From Opitutia bacterium (lineage in GTDB: Bacteria; Verrucomicrobiota; Kiritimatiellia; CAIQIC01; Lenti-01), in the NCBI GenBank assembly GCA_009928955.1, contig SABN01000002.1, positions 8,427 to 72,426 on the forward strand: DNA of 64,000 bases, given 5' to 3'. Below, in pieces: positions 56,421-64,000 of the stretch. Numbering within the stretch: the stretch's first letter is position 1; each line of letters begins with the position of its first letter. A model generated the notes under the pieces. The model saw nothing but the letters and a program-made list of their open reading frames with translations, had not been told where the DNA came from and did not search any database. A program made the position numbers and the translations under genes.

Positions 56421-56831
56421 CTATGGCCGAAGCGGATTCGGTTCGGTCTTCTCTTCTCCGGGCGGCGGCGGCGGCTTGGGGCGGAAATGCGGACAGGTAT
56501 CCGTCGCCTGCACCTCGCAGCGATGCAATCCGCAGCGCTGCAGGAAGGGATTCACCACGTATTCCGCGCAGTAGCGGCACATCTTCCCCTTCTCGTCCTC
56601 GCGGAACACCTTCACCGGCCGCGGCCGGTCGTCTTCCGAAAACACCTTGGGCTTGCGGCTGCCCGTGAACGCGATCTCCGCCTCCGATGCGAACACATGC
56701 CCGCACAGCGCGCAGGTCAGGGCCTCGCCGGTCTTGGTGAATCCGTCGTACCGGGATTTGCGCAGCAGCCACGAGTCGCGCGCGCAGGCGGGGCAGCGCA
56801 GCTCGACCTTGGCTGGATCCGGCCCCTTCAT
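56421..56831 (-). CDS. Cys-rich zinc-ribbon protein, hypothetical
   Basis: CPAC...CALC zinc-ribbon pair, then CRYC...C..C...C cluster and a Pro-rich tail. Start at MKGPDP (56831). Confidence 0.55.
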   Translation of the reverse strand: MKGPDPAKVELRCPACARDSWLLRKSRYDGFTKTGEALTCALCGHVFASEAEIAFTGSRKPKVFSEDDRPRPVKVFREDEKGKMCRYCAEYVVNPFLQRCGLHRCEVQATDTCPHFRPKPPPPPGEEKTEPNPLRP

Positions 56832-56836
56832 GGCGC

Positions 56837-57892
56837 CTAGAAAAACGCCTTGGCCAGCCGCAGGATGCCTTGGCCCCACGGCACGCGATGCGACACGCCG
56901 CTGGCGTTGCGGAACTGGTCCAGATGCTCCACGTACCAGCGGTAGTTCCGGACCAAGGCGTCCTGGTTGGAAAAACGAGGGCTGAACCCCAGCACCCGCT
57001 CCGCCTTCTCGATGCTCACGAACGAATCCTTGCTGGCGGTTTCATAGACCCACTTGTACAGCGGCGACAATTTCAGCAGCTCCAGGAACCGCAGCGTCCA
57101 GATCATCGGCGCCGCCGGGAATCCGCGGATCTTCTTGCCATGGCCGGCGTCGTCCAGCACCGCCTGGTAGTCTGCGCGCATCGTCGTGAATTCCTTCGCG
57201 CCGATGTTGAAGGTGTCGTTCACTTTCCCGGCCTCCAGCGTCATCGTCAGCCAGATCGACTCGCACAGGTCTTCCACATCCAGCAACTGGTAGCGGTTGT
57301 GGCCGTTGCCGATCATCGGGAATCCATGGCCCGTGTAGGCCCAGTCATAGAACAGCGCAAACACCCCGAGGCGCTCCGGACCCACGAACGACTTGGGCCG
57401 GATCACCGGCACGCAGAGGCCCTGCGCCCGCGCCGTCAGACACTCCGCCTCCGCCTCGATCTTGGCGCGGCCGTAAGGCCCCACGCCGATCATCTCGTCG
57501 TTCTCCCGCAGCGGATGGTGGTCCGGAATGCCATAGACCGCCGTGCTCGAGATCATCACGAAGCGCTCCACGCCGGCCACGTGCGCCGCCTCCAGCAGGA
57601 GGCGCGTGCCCACCACGTCCGTGGTGTGGATGTCCTCCGCCGAATACAGCGGCAACGCCGCCGCCGTATGCACCACGAACCGCACCCCTTCCATGCATTT
57701 CGCCACCTGCGCGGCGTCGCGGATGTCGCCCACGACCGCGTCGACGCGGTCTTTTTCGGGATAATCGAAGGCCACCAGATCCAGCGACCGGATGTCCGTC
57801 ACGCCCTTCGCGAACAGGTGCCGGATCAGGTTGATCCCCAGAAATCCGCTGCCGCCCGTCACCAACACCTTGCCTGAAATCGCACTGCTCAT
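56837..57892 (-). CDS. NAD-dependent epimerase/dehydratase (SDR family)
   Basis: [19 protein letters not shown] Rossmann motif, extended-SDR length. First ATG at 57892. Confidence 0.85.
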   Translation of the reverse strand: MSSAISGKVLVTGGSGFLGINLIRHLFAKGVTDIRSLDLVAFDYPEKDRVDAVVGDIRDAAQVAKCMEGVRFVVHTAAALPLYSAEDIHTTDVVGTRLLLEAAHVAGVERFVMISSTAVYGIPDHHPLRENDEMIGVGPYGRAKIEAEAECLTARAQGLCVPVIRPKSFVGPERLGVFALFYDWAYTGHGFPMIGNGHNRYQLLDVEDLCESIWLTMTLEAGKVNDTFNIGAKEFTTMRADYQAVLDDAGHGKKIRGFPAAPMIWTLRFLELLKLSPLYKWVYETASKDSFVSIEKAERVLGFSPRFSNQDALVRNYRWYVEHLDQFRNASGVSHRVPWGQGILRLAKAFF

Positions 57893-57944
57893 TGTATTCT
57901 CCAAAAGTCTTGCTTCTTTTATCCCTGAAATTTGCGCAAGTCAA

Positions 57945-59645
57945 CTATTCGCCCTTCACGCGGAAGAACCCGGTTGAATCTGTCGGCAGGTCCACCGTTC
58001 GTTCGTCCCATGGCTTGGATTCGCGCGGCCAGTTGGTGATTGCGCTCCAGCCGTTGGTCAGCGCGGCCGAACGCTCGACCGAATAGGCGGTTCCTCCGTA
58101 GACCGGAAACATCACTTGTCCGATGGATCCCGTCGCCGTGAGTTCCTGCGGCAGCAACGGATTCGGATCCTCGCGCACATCGAGCAGGAAGCGGTAGATT
58201 TCCGGCAGGCGTTCGCGCCATGCGCTCTCGTTGTGGTCTTGCCCGCACCCGATCATAAAACGCAAGTCGGCGTTGGGGACATAGCCAAACCCATTCAGAT
58301 GCCAATAGAGCTCGAAGTTCGATTGATACAAGTCCGTGCCCGATATATTGGTTTCTCCCGTGCCGACATCCATCCACACCCGCGCCGCATGCACCCGGTT
58401 GCTGGCCAACCAAGCCATGTAGTTGGGACAAAAGCTCGTGTTGTAGACCCCCGACACCGCCCCCACCAATCCGAACACGTTCGTCCACGTGCCCAGATAC
58501 ATCGAGAGCAGGCCGCCCGACGACGACCCGATGCACGCCGTATTGGCGCGATCGTTTTTCGTGCGGTAATGGCCATCAATCGTTGGCCGCACGTTGTGGA
58601 TCAGGAATTCCGCATAGAGATTGGCCTTGCCCTGCTTTCCTCCATTGCGGTCCATGTGCGGCAGATATTCGATGGTACGGTCAGCGGCACACCGTACCCC
58701 CACGATGATGGCCTCTCGCATCCGTCCCCCTTTGATCTCCGCGTCCGCTGTCGCATCCGCATCCCAGGAGACCGGCGAATCGCTGTTCGTAAAGACGTTC
58801 TGGCCATCGCTCATGTAGACCACGGGATAGCGCCGGTTCGTATTTTCGTTGTAGCCACGCGGGAGATAGATCTGGACATCGCGCCCGTAGACGCCCTCCT
58901 CCTCGTAGGAGGAGGCCACGTTGGTCGTGACCACTTGGCTGTCCGACACGCCATTCGACGGCGGCAAATAGTTGAACACCTGCCGGTCGCGGACGATCAT
59001 TGCGTCCAGCGGCGACCAATAATCCTGCCCGTCCCATGCGCCTTCCCATGTGTTGGTGTCGTTTCTCCGTCCGTTGAAGGTGAACCGCATCCATTCCCCC
59101 TCAATGCCGACACCCTCTGCCACATGTCGCCACTCGCCCGCGCGCAGGCCCGGCCCCGCCTGCGCCATGGGCGTGTTTGTCCATGTGACGGTCGCGTTGA
59201 CATCGGCATTGGAAAGCATGGAATAGACCAGCATCACGTTGGTCATGTCAGAATAGAATTCGATGCGTTTGCCGGAAAACGGCGCCGCCGGCTCTGCCGG
59301 AACCTGCATCTGCAGGTTGTCCCCGGCCGGCCACCAGATCGCATTGGCGCTGTCGCAGATGTGGCCGGCGGCGGTCGCTCGCATCACATACTTGTATTCC
59401 AGCGCCGTTCCCGCCTGCACGCCAACGTCGCCCCACCAGATGTTTCCCGCCGACCAGACCAGTTTGATCGCCTGGGCCGGATTCCATGCGCCCACATCCG
59501 GATGGCTCCCCACCACGAACCACTCATTCGTCAATCCCGCATCGTTGGTGATCGAAAACCTCGTCGGCACCCGCAGCGGACTGCCGCCAAAAGCGGTTCC
59601 GGCGCCTAGCGCCGCGGCAAGCACCATGCAACCGATTGCTTTCAT
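57945..59645 (-). CDS. secreted CBM20-like starch-binding domain + esterase-D/putative-esterase family alpha/beta hydrolase, with C-terminal ...FFRVKGE module
   Basis: Signal peptide MKAIGCMVLAAALGAGTAFG. CBM20-like VPTRFSITNDAGLTNEWFVVGSHPDVGAWNP...ALEYKYV. Esterase core YPVVYMSDGQNVF...CIGSSSGG (GxSxG). Start at 59645 within track ORF 57945..60302. Confidence 0.8.
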   Translation of the reverse strand: MKAIGCMVLAAALGAGTAFGGSPLRVPTRFSITNDAGLTNEWFVVGSHPDVGAWNPAQAIKLVWSAGNIWWGDVGVQAGTALEYKYVMRATAAGHICDSANAIWWPAGDNLQMQVPAEPAAPFSGKRIEFYSDMTNVMLVYSMLSNADVNATVTWTNTPMAQAGPGLRAGEWRHVAEGVGIEGEWMRFTFNGRRNDTNTWEGAWDGQDYWSPLDAMIVRDRQVFNYLPPSNGVSDSQVVTTNVASSYEEEGVYGRDVQIYLPRGYNENTNRRYPVVYMSDGQNVFTNSDSPVSWDADATADAEIKGGRMREAIIVGVRCAADRTIEYLPHMDRNGGKQGKANLYAEFLIHNVRPTIDGHYRTKNDRANTACIGSSSGGLLSMYLGTWTNVFGLVGAVSGVYNTSFCPNYMAWLASNRVHAARVWMDVGTGETNISGTDLYQSNFELYWHLNGFGYVPNADLRFMIGCGQDHNESAWRERLPEIYRFLLDVREDPNPLLPQELTATGSIGQVMFPVYGGTAYSVERSAALTNGWSAITNWPRESKPWDERTVDLPTDSTGFFRVKGE

Positions 59646-60619
59646 AGCCTGGCAAGAGCGGCCCGGCAGACGGTTTCGACGTCCAAGGTCCTCAGGCAGG
59701 CCAGGTCGCCACGCGCGCAAGTGCGCGAGTGGCACGGACGGCAGGCCAGCCCTTCCTTCGCCACCACGTGGGCGAGTTGTCGATAGGGTCCCGTGCGCGC
59801 CGGATCCGTCGCGCCGAAAATGGCCACCAGCGGCACGCCCATCGCCTCCGCCCAGTGCATCGGTCCGGAATCCACGCTCACCAGCAGATCCATGCCCTTC
59901 AACAGCGAACAAAGGCCGGGCAGATCCGTCTTTCCGCACAGATTTCGGGCCTGCTCGCCGATCTGCCGCGCCAACGCCTCGCCCTGCGCCTCGTCGGCGC
60001 GGCCGCCCACGATGCGGATTTGGCAGCCCATCTCGGCGACCAGCCGCCGGCCCAATTCCGCGAACTTTTCGATCGGCCAATCTTTCGTGGCCCAGCGGGA
60101 AAACGGCGCGAACGCCACGTGCGGGCCCGGCCGGCCATCGTTTTCCGCCTCGGCAAAGGTCAACCGCGGCTCCGGCGCGGCCCCCGCGCCGGGCGCGACC
60201 AAGTCCACCACGTCTATGAGCTCGTCGACCGCATGGCGGCGCGGCCCCGGTCCGCGCGGCGGCTGCGCATCGTAGAACCGTTGCGCCCCTTCCCGCGCCC
60301 ACGCGGGACCGACGCGCCGCCGGCCGCGCGCCAACCGCGCCACGATCGCGCTTTTCAGCAACCCCTGCAAGTCCACGATGACGTCATAGCGCGCGCGCCG
60401 CAGCGCGCGCAGGAACGCGAAGAACCCCCGCGCGAAATTCCGGCGCGGAAACTCGATCGTCCGCTCCACGTCCGGACAGCCCGCCAGCAGCCCGGCATAT
60501 TCGGGCTGGACCACCCAGTCGATGGCGGCCCCCGTGCGCTCCTTCAGCGCGCGCAGGGCCGGCAAGGCGTGGGCGATGTCGCCCAGCGAGCTCAATTTGA
60601 TGACGAGAATCCGCTTCAT
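59642..60619 (-). CDS. glycosyltransferase family 9 (heptosyltransferase-like)
   Basis: MKRILVIKLSSLGDIAHALPALRALK...DLQGLLKSA...LVSVDSGPMHWAEAMGVPLVAIFG. Confidence 0.88.
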   Translation of the reverse strand: MKRILVIKLSSLGDIAHALPALRALKERTGAAIDWVVQPEYAGLLAGCPDVERTIEFPRRNFARGFFAFLRALRRARYDVIVDLQGLLKSAIVARLARGRRRVGPAWAREGAQRFYDAQPPRGPGPRRHAVDELIDVVDLVAPGAGAAPEPRLTFAEAENDGRPGPHVAFAPFSRWATKDWPIEKFAELGRRLVAEMGCQIRIVGGRADEAQGEALARQIGEQARNLCGKTDLPGLCSLLKGMDLLVSVDSGPMHWAEAMGVPLVAIFGATDPARTGPYRQLAHVVAKEGLACRPCHSRTCARGDLACLRTLDVETVCRAALARL

Positions 60620-61410
60620 TTGGCCGGTTTGAAGAGGATTTCCTCGATGCGCTTGATCTTGAGCGCCTTGCCCGTGGCCGGATCGAGCGTCAACAGCGCG
60701 CCGTGCAGACGCACGTCGCCGCTGGCGATTTCGAACTTCGACGGCATCCCCGTCAGAAAACGCGACAGGATGGCGTCCGTGGTGCGCCCGATGACCGAAT
60801 CGCACGGGCCGGTCATGCCTAGATCGGTCATATAGGCCGTGCCCTTGTCCGAAATGGCTTCGTCCGCCGTCTGGATGTGCGTATGCGTGCCGAGGACGGC
60901 CGACACGCGCCCGTCCAGGAACTTGCCCATCGCGACCTTCTCGCTGGTGGCTTCGGCATGCATGTCCACCAGGATCATCTTGCTCTGGGATCCGTTCTTC
61001 TTGAGCCATTCGTCCACGGCGCGGAAGGGACAGTCGGCCGTGGCGTTCATGAAGGTGCGCCCCATGAGCTGGAGGATCGTCAGCGGGCCGGCCTTGGTCT
61101 GGATCGTGGTCGCGCCCTTGCCCGGACAGCCCGGCGGCAGGTTCAGGGCCCGCACCATGCGCGGCTCCCGGTCGAAATAGGCCATCGATTCCTTCTGGTC
61201 CCACACGTGGTCGCCCATGGTCAGCGCATCCGCGCCGCCGGCGAAAAGCTCCTCGGCCAGCGTGGAGGTGATGCCGCGCCCCGCCGCGCTGTTTTCGGCG
61301 TTGGCGACGACCACGTCGGCGCGGCCTTCCGTCTTGTAGCGCGTGGCGACGCGGGCCATGGCCATCCGTCCCGGACCGCCCACGATGTCTCCGACCATCA
61401 GAATCTTCAT
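60616..61410 (-). CDS. ymdB: YmdB-like metallophosphoesterase (TIGR00282 family)
   Basis: MKILMVGDIVGGPGR...VVANAENSAAGRGIT...GDHVWDQKE...VDMHAEATSEK...GTHTHIQTADE. Confidence 0.9.
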   Translation of the reverse strand: MKILMVGDIVGGPGRMAMARVATRYKTEGRADVVVANAENSAAGRGITSTLAEELFAGGADALTMGDHVWDQKESMAYFDREPRMVRALNLPPGCPGKGATTIQTKAGPLTILQLMGRTFMNATADCPFRAVDEWLKKNGSQSKMILVDMHAEATSEKVAMGKFLDGRVSAVLGTHTHIQTADEAISDKGTAYMTDLGMTGPCDSVIGRTTDAILSRFLTGMPSKFEIASGDVRLHGALLTLDPATGKALKIKRIEEILFKPAK

Positions 61411-61436
61411 TTTCGGCTCTTTTCTTGTCTCGCCTG

Positions 61437-62999
61437 TCAGCGGGCGTATTCCACGCAACGGGTCTCGCGGACCACCGTCACCTTGATCTGTCCCGGATAG
61501 TTCAGGGCCTGTTCGATGCGCTGCGAGAGGCGTCGCGCCAGCTGGATCGCCCCGGGGTCGTCGATGGCCGTCGGCTCCACGAACACGCGCAGTTCGCGCC
61601 CGGCCTGCATCGCGAGGCTGCGGACGACGCCGACCTCCGCCTTGGCGAGAGCCTCGAGGTTCTCCATCCGGTGCAGAAAAAGATCGGTCGTCTCCGCGCG
61701 CGCGCCCGGCCGCGCCGCCGTGATGGCGTCCGCCGCCGCCACCAGCGCGGCATAGGCGCTTCCGGCCGGCGCCTCGGAATGATGCGCCCGCACCGCATTC
61801 ACCACGATTTCGCTTTCGCCCGCCTTCCGCAGCAGGTCGGCGCCGATCTCCGCATGGCGGCCTTCCACCTCGTGGTCCACCGCCTTGCCCAGGTCGTGGA
61901 ACAGCGCCGCGCGCTTGGCGGTTTCCGGATCGAGCCCGATCTCCGGCGCCATCAGGCCCGCCAGGCGCGCCGCCTCCACCGAGTGGCGCAGCACGTTCTG
62001 GGAATAGCTCGTGCGGAACTTCAAGCGCCCCAGCAGACGGACCAACTCCAGCGGCACCCGCGCCAGGCGCAGCGACTCCACCGCTTCTTCGCCCGCCTTG
62101 AAAATCAGATCGTCGATCTCCGCCGCCACCCGGTCGGCCGTCTCCTCGATCAGCGCCGGATTGATCCGCCCGTCCGCCACCAGCCGCTCCAGCGTCGTCT
62201 TGGCGATCTCGCGCCGGATGGGATCGAACGACGACAGCACCACCACCTCGGGCGAGTCGTCGATGATGACCGTCACGCCCGTCGCCATTTCGATCGCGCG
62301 GATGTTGCGCCCCTCGCGCCCGATGATGCGCCCCTTCATGCTCTCGTCCGGCAGATGCACCGGCACCGTCGTCACGTCGGACACCTGGTCCGCCGCATGC
62401 CGCTGAATGGCGGTCGTGATGATCGCCCGGGCCTGCGCCTCGGCGGTCGCCCGGGCGTCTTCCTGCGCCTTGCGGATCAGCCCCGCGCACTCGGCCTCCA
62501 GTTCGCCGGCCAGCCGCGCCAGCAACTCTTCCCGCGCCTGCGCGGCCGTCAAATGAGCCATGGCTTCGAGCCGCCCGCGCGCTTCGGCGGCCAGCTGGTC
62601 GAGCTGCGCGCGCTCGGCCTGCAGCGCCGCGCGGTCCGTCTCCAGGTGTTGCGCGCGGCCATCCAGCGCCTGCGCCCGCTCGTCGAGGCGGTGCTCCTCG
62701 CGCTCCAGGCGCTCGTCCTGACGCGACAGCCGGTCCGCCGCCGTGGAAAGCACCATCTGGCGCTGCTGCAGTTCGCTTTCCGCCTTCTCGCGGGTGCGCA
62801 TCAGTTCATCGCGCGTGGCCAATTGCGCCTCTTTGCGCAGCACCTCCGCGTCGCGCCGGGCCTCGCCCAAAATGTCCCGCGCCGCGCGGTTCGCCGCGGC
62901 GTCGCGCACGCGCACGAACAGCGCATGGCCGAAGAAGCCGATCAGCGCGAAACCGGCCGCCGTCAACGTGGGCCACAGCCATTCCCAGAACACCGTCAT
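61437..62999 (-). CDS. rny: ribonuclease Y
   Basis: N-terminal TM helix, coiled coil, KH domain (GRIIGREGRNIRAIE) and HD domain (HSVEAARLAG...FHDLGKA). Confidence 0.95.
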   Translation of the reverse strand: MTVFWEWLWPTLTAAGFALIGFFGHALFVRVRDAAANRAARDILGEARRDAEVLRKEAQLATRDELMRTREKAESELQQRQMVLSTAADRLSRQDERLEREEHRLDERAQALDGRAQHLETDRAALQAERAQLDQLAAEARGRLEAMAHLTAAQAREELLARLAGELEAECAGLIRKAQEDARATAEAQARAIITTAIQRHAADQVSDVTTVPVHLPDESMKGRIIGREGRNIRAIEMATGVTVIIDDSPEVVVLSSFDPIRREIAKTTLERLVADGRINPALIEETADRVAAEIDDLIFKAGEEAVESLRLARVPLELVRLLGRLKFRTSYSQNVLRHSVEAARLAGLMAPEIGLDPETAKRAALFHDLGKAVDHEVEGRHAEIGADLLRKAGESEIVVNAVRAHHSEAPAGSAYAALVAAADAITAARPGARAETTDLFLHRMENLEALAKAEVGVVRSLAMQAGRELRVFVEPTAIDDPGAIQLARRLSQRIEQALNYPGQIKVTVVRETRCVEYAR

Positions 63000-63000
63000 G

Positions 63001-63564
63001 TCAGCCGGTCAATCCTTCCAGCTTCGCCGCCGCCGCCGGGGCGAAGATCATCCGCCTTTCCGTCGCCACCACATCCATGCGGATGTCGTGGGGTTCCATG
63101 GGCACCGCTTCCACGAGGCGGTTCTCGAAGCACAAGCCGATCCGCAGCGCCCCGGTTTTCGCCAGCAACCGGTCGAAATGCCCCCGCCCGCGCCCCAGCC
63201 GTCCGCCCTGCGCATCGAACGCCAGCCCCGGCACCACGATCACCCGCAGCTCGCCGGACGGGGCCGGAGGCGCCGCCACGGGTTCCGGGATGCCATGCGC
63301 GCCGTTGCGCCAGCGGGTATCCCCATCCACCCAGCCCCAGCCATATTCCACTCCCCGCCGCACCGGCACCGCCACCCGCGCCCCCCGCGCCAGCAGATCG
63401 GCCCACAGCGCATCCGTGGACGGCTCGCTCGGCGTCGACCGATAGATTCCCACCTGGAACGCCGCCGTCCACCAATCTTGCGCCATCAGCCTCCGCTGGA
63501 TCGCTTCCGACGCCTCCTTGGGCGCCGCCTGGACCTTCGCTTGTTCGCGCAACCGCTGCTTCAT
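63001..63564 (-). CDS. 5-formyltetrahydrofolate cyclo-ligase
   Basis: 187 aa. VVPGLAFDAQGGRLGRGRGHFDRLL matches the 5-FCL G-x-G-x-G-(Y/H)-(Y/F)-D motif. Confidence 0.8.
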   Translation of the reverse strand: MKQRLREQAKVQAAPKEASEAIQRRLMAQDWWTAAFQVGIYRSTPSEPSTDALWADLLARGARVAVPVRRGVEYGWGWVDGDTRWRNGAHGIPEPVAAPPAPSGELRVIVVPGLAFDAQGGRLGRGRGHFDRLLAKTGALRIGLCFENRLVEAVPMEPHDIRMDVVATERRMIFAPAAAAKLEGLTG

Positions 63565-63953
63565 GGCACCAACCTCCGCAAATCAAATGGCTCCGGCGGC
63601 CGCGTCGGATGCCCGTCCCGATCGACCACGCACCAGTGGATGTCCGCCTCCGCGATCCGTGTCGCGCCCCGCCGGACCACCTGATGGAACACGCCGCTCA
63701 CCCGCCGCATTTCCGTCGGTTCCGTTTCGATCTCCAGCGCGTCGTCGGCGTAGGCCGGCGACCGGTATGAGATGTCCGCGCGGGAAATCACCGTGAAGTA
63801 CCCCGCCGCGATCAGCCCCTTGTAGTCGTAGCCCGCCGCATGCAGGAACTGCATCCGCGCCAGCTCCAGATAATTCACGTAGACGGCGTGGTTCACATGC
63901 CCGTACGAGTCGCACTCGTAAGGCCGCACCGTCAAGGAAGTCACGTGTTTCAT
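63561..63953 (-). CDS. acyl-CoA thioesterase (YbgC/4HBT family)
   Basis: VRPYECDSYGHVNHAVYVNYLELAR... hot-dog fold signature. Start at MKHVTS (63953) or 63971. Confidence 0.8.
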   Translation of the reverse strand: MKHVTSLTVRPYECDSYGHVNHAVYVNYLELARMQFLHAAGYDYKGLIAAGYFTVISRADISYRSPAYADDALEIETEPTEMRRVSGVFHQVVRRGATRIAEADIHWCVVDRDGHPTRPPEPFDLRRLVP

Positions 63954-64000
63954 ATCCCGGTCAGCATACACCCCGCCCGCCCCCGAGGCAAGCCGCCCCC

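Noticed and set aside
57945-60302. Over-extended track ORFs: 57945..60302, 59642..61204, 60616..62490, 48513..49550, 1781..3052, 2305..3540, 2943..4880, 17419..18651, 23862..25286
   Set aside because: The 5' parts overlap the preceding gene in another frame and are Arg/Gly/Pro-rich. Internal ATGs give canonical family N-termini, and these starts were used instead.

Overview
High-GC bacterial chromosomal segment (roughly two-thirds G+C by eye, not computed). I support about 58 protein-coding genes. I found no rRNA, tRNA, transposase, integrase or CRISPR array.

The likely source is an anaerobic member of the PVC superphylum (Kiritimatiellota/Verrucomicrobiota-like). This is inference only, based on an orphan class-III-signal pseudopilin, many prenyltransferase-repeat, TPR and giant-adhesin genes, HydF and rubredoxin.

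Most of the window is housekeeping:
- rpmE-prfA-prmC, ffh, rpsP-KH-trmD, ileS, mutL, rarA, manC
- pyrH-frr, rny-ymdB, 5-FCL
- a TatT-type TRAP transporter

Non-routine items, most interesting first:
1. A TPR-TPR-ExbB-ExbD-ExbD operon. Its TonB position is filled by two tandem paralogs that have a TonB-like anchor (S-x3-H helix plus Pro-rich linker) but an alpha/alpha-toroid (prenyltransferase/squalene-cyclase-repeat) C-terminal domain.
2. A 10.6-kb (3,537-codon) adhesin gene. It is split by a single in-frame TAG at a repeat-conserved Trp codon, carries a G10 tract in its coding sequence, has nested domain insertions, and sits behind an ~800-bp AT-rich upstream region.
3. An intergenic palindrome family, TTTTCCAC-N3-GTGGAAAA (DnaA-box-like half sites). 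It includes a 5-copy array after hydF.
4. A ~580-nt purine/GGA-rich non-coding stretch after an unlisted rubredoxin gene.
5. A 30-bp perfect AT palindrome in an AT-rich divergent promoter region.
6. A structured ileS leader with GGTTCA tandem repeats that recur inside an ileS coding insertion.

Many long ORFs in the supplied track are antisense shadows of real genes or 5' over-extensions. These were trimmed or rejected.
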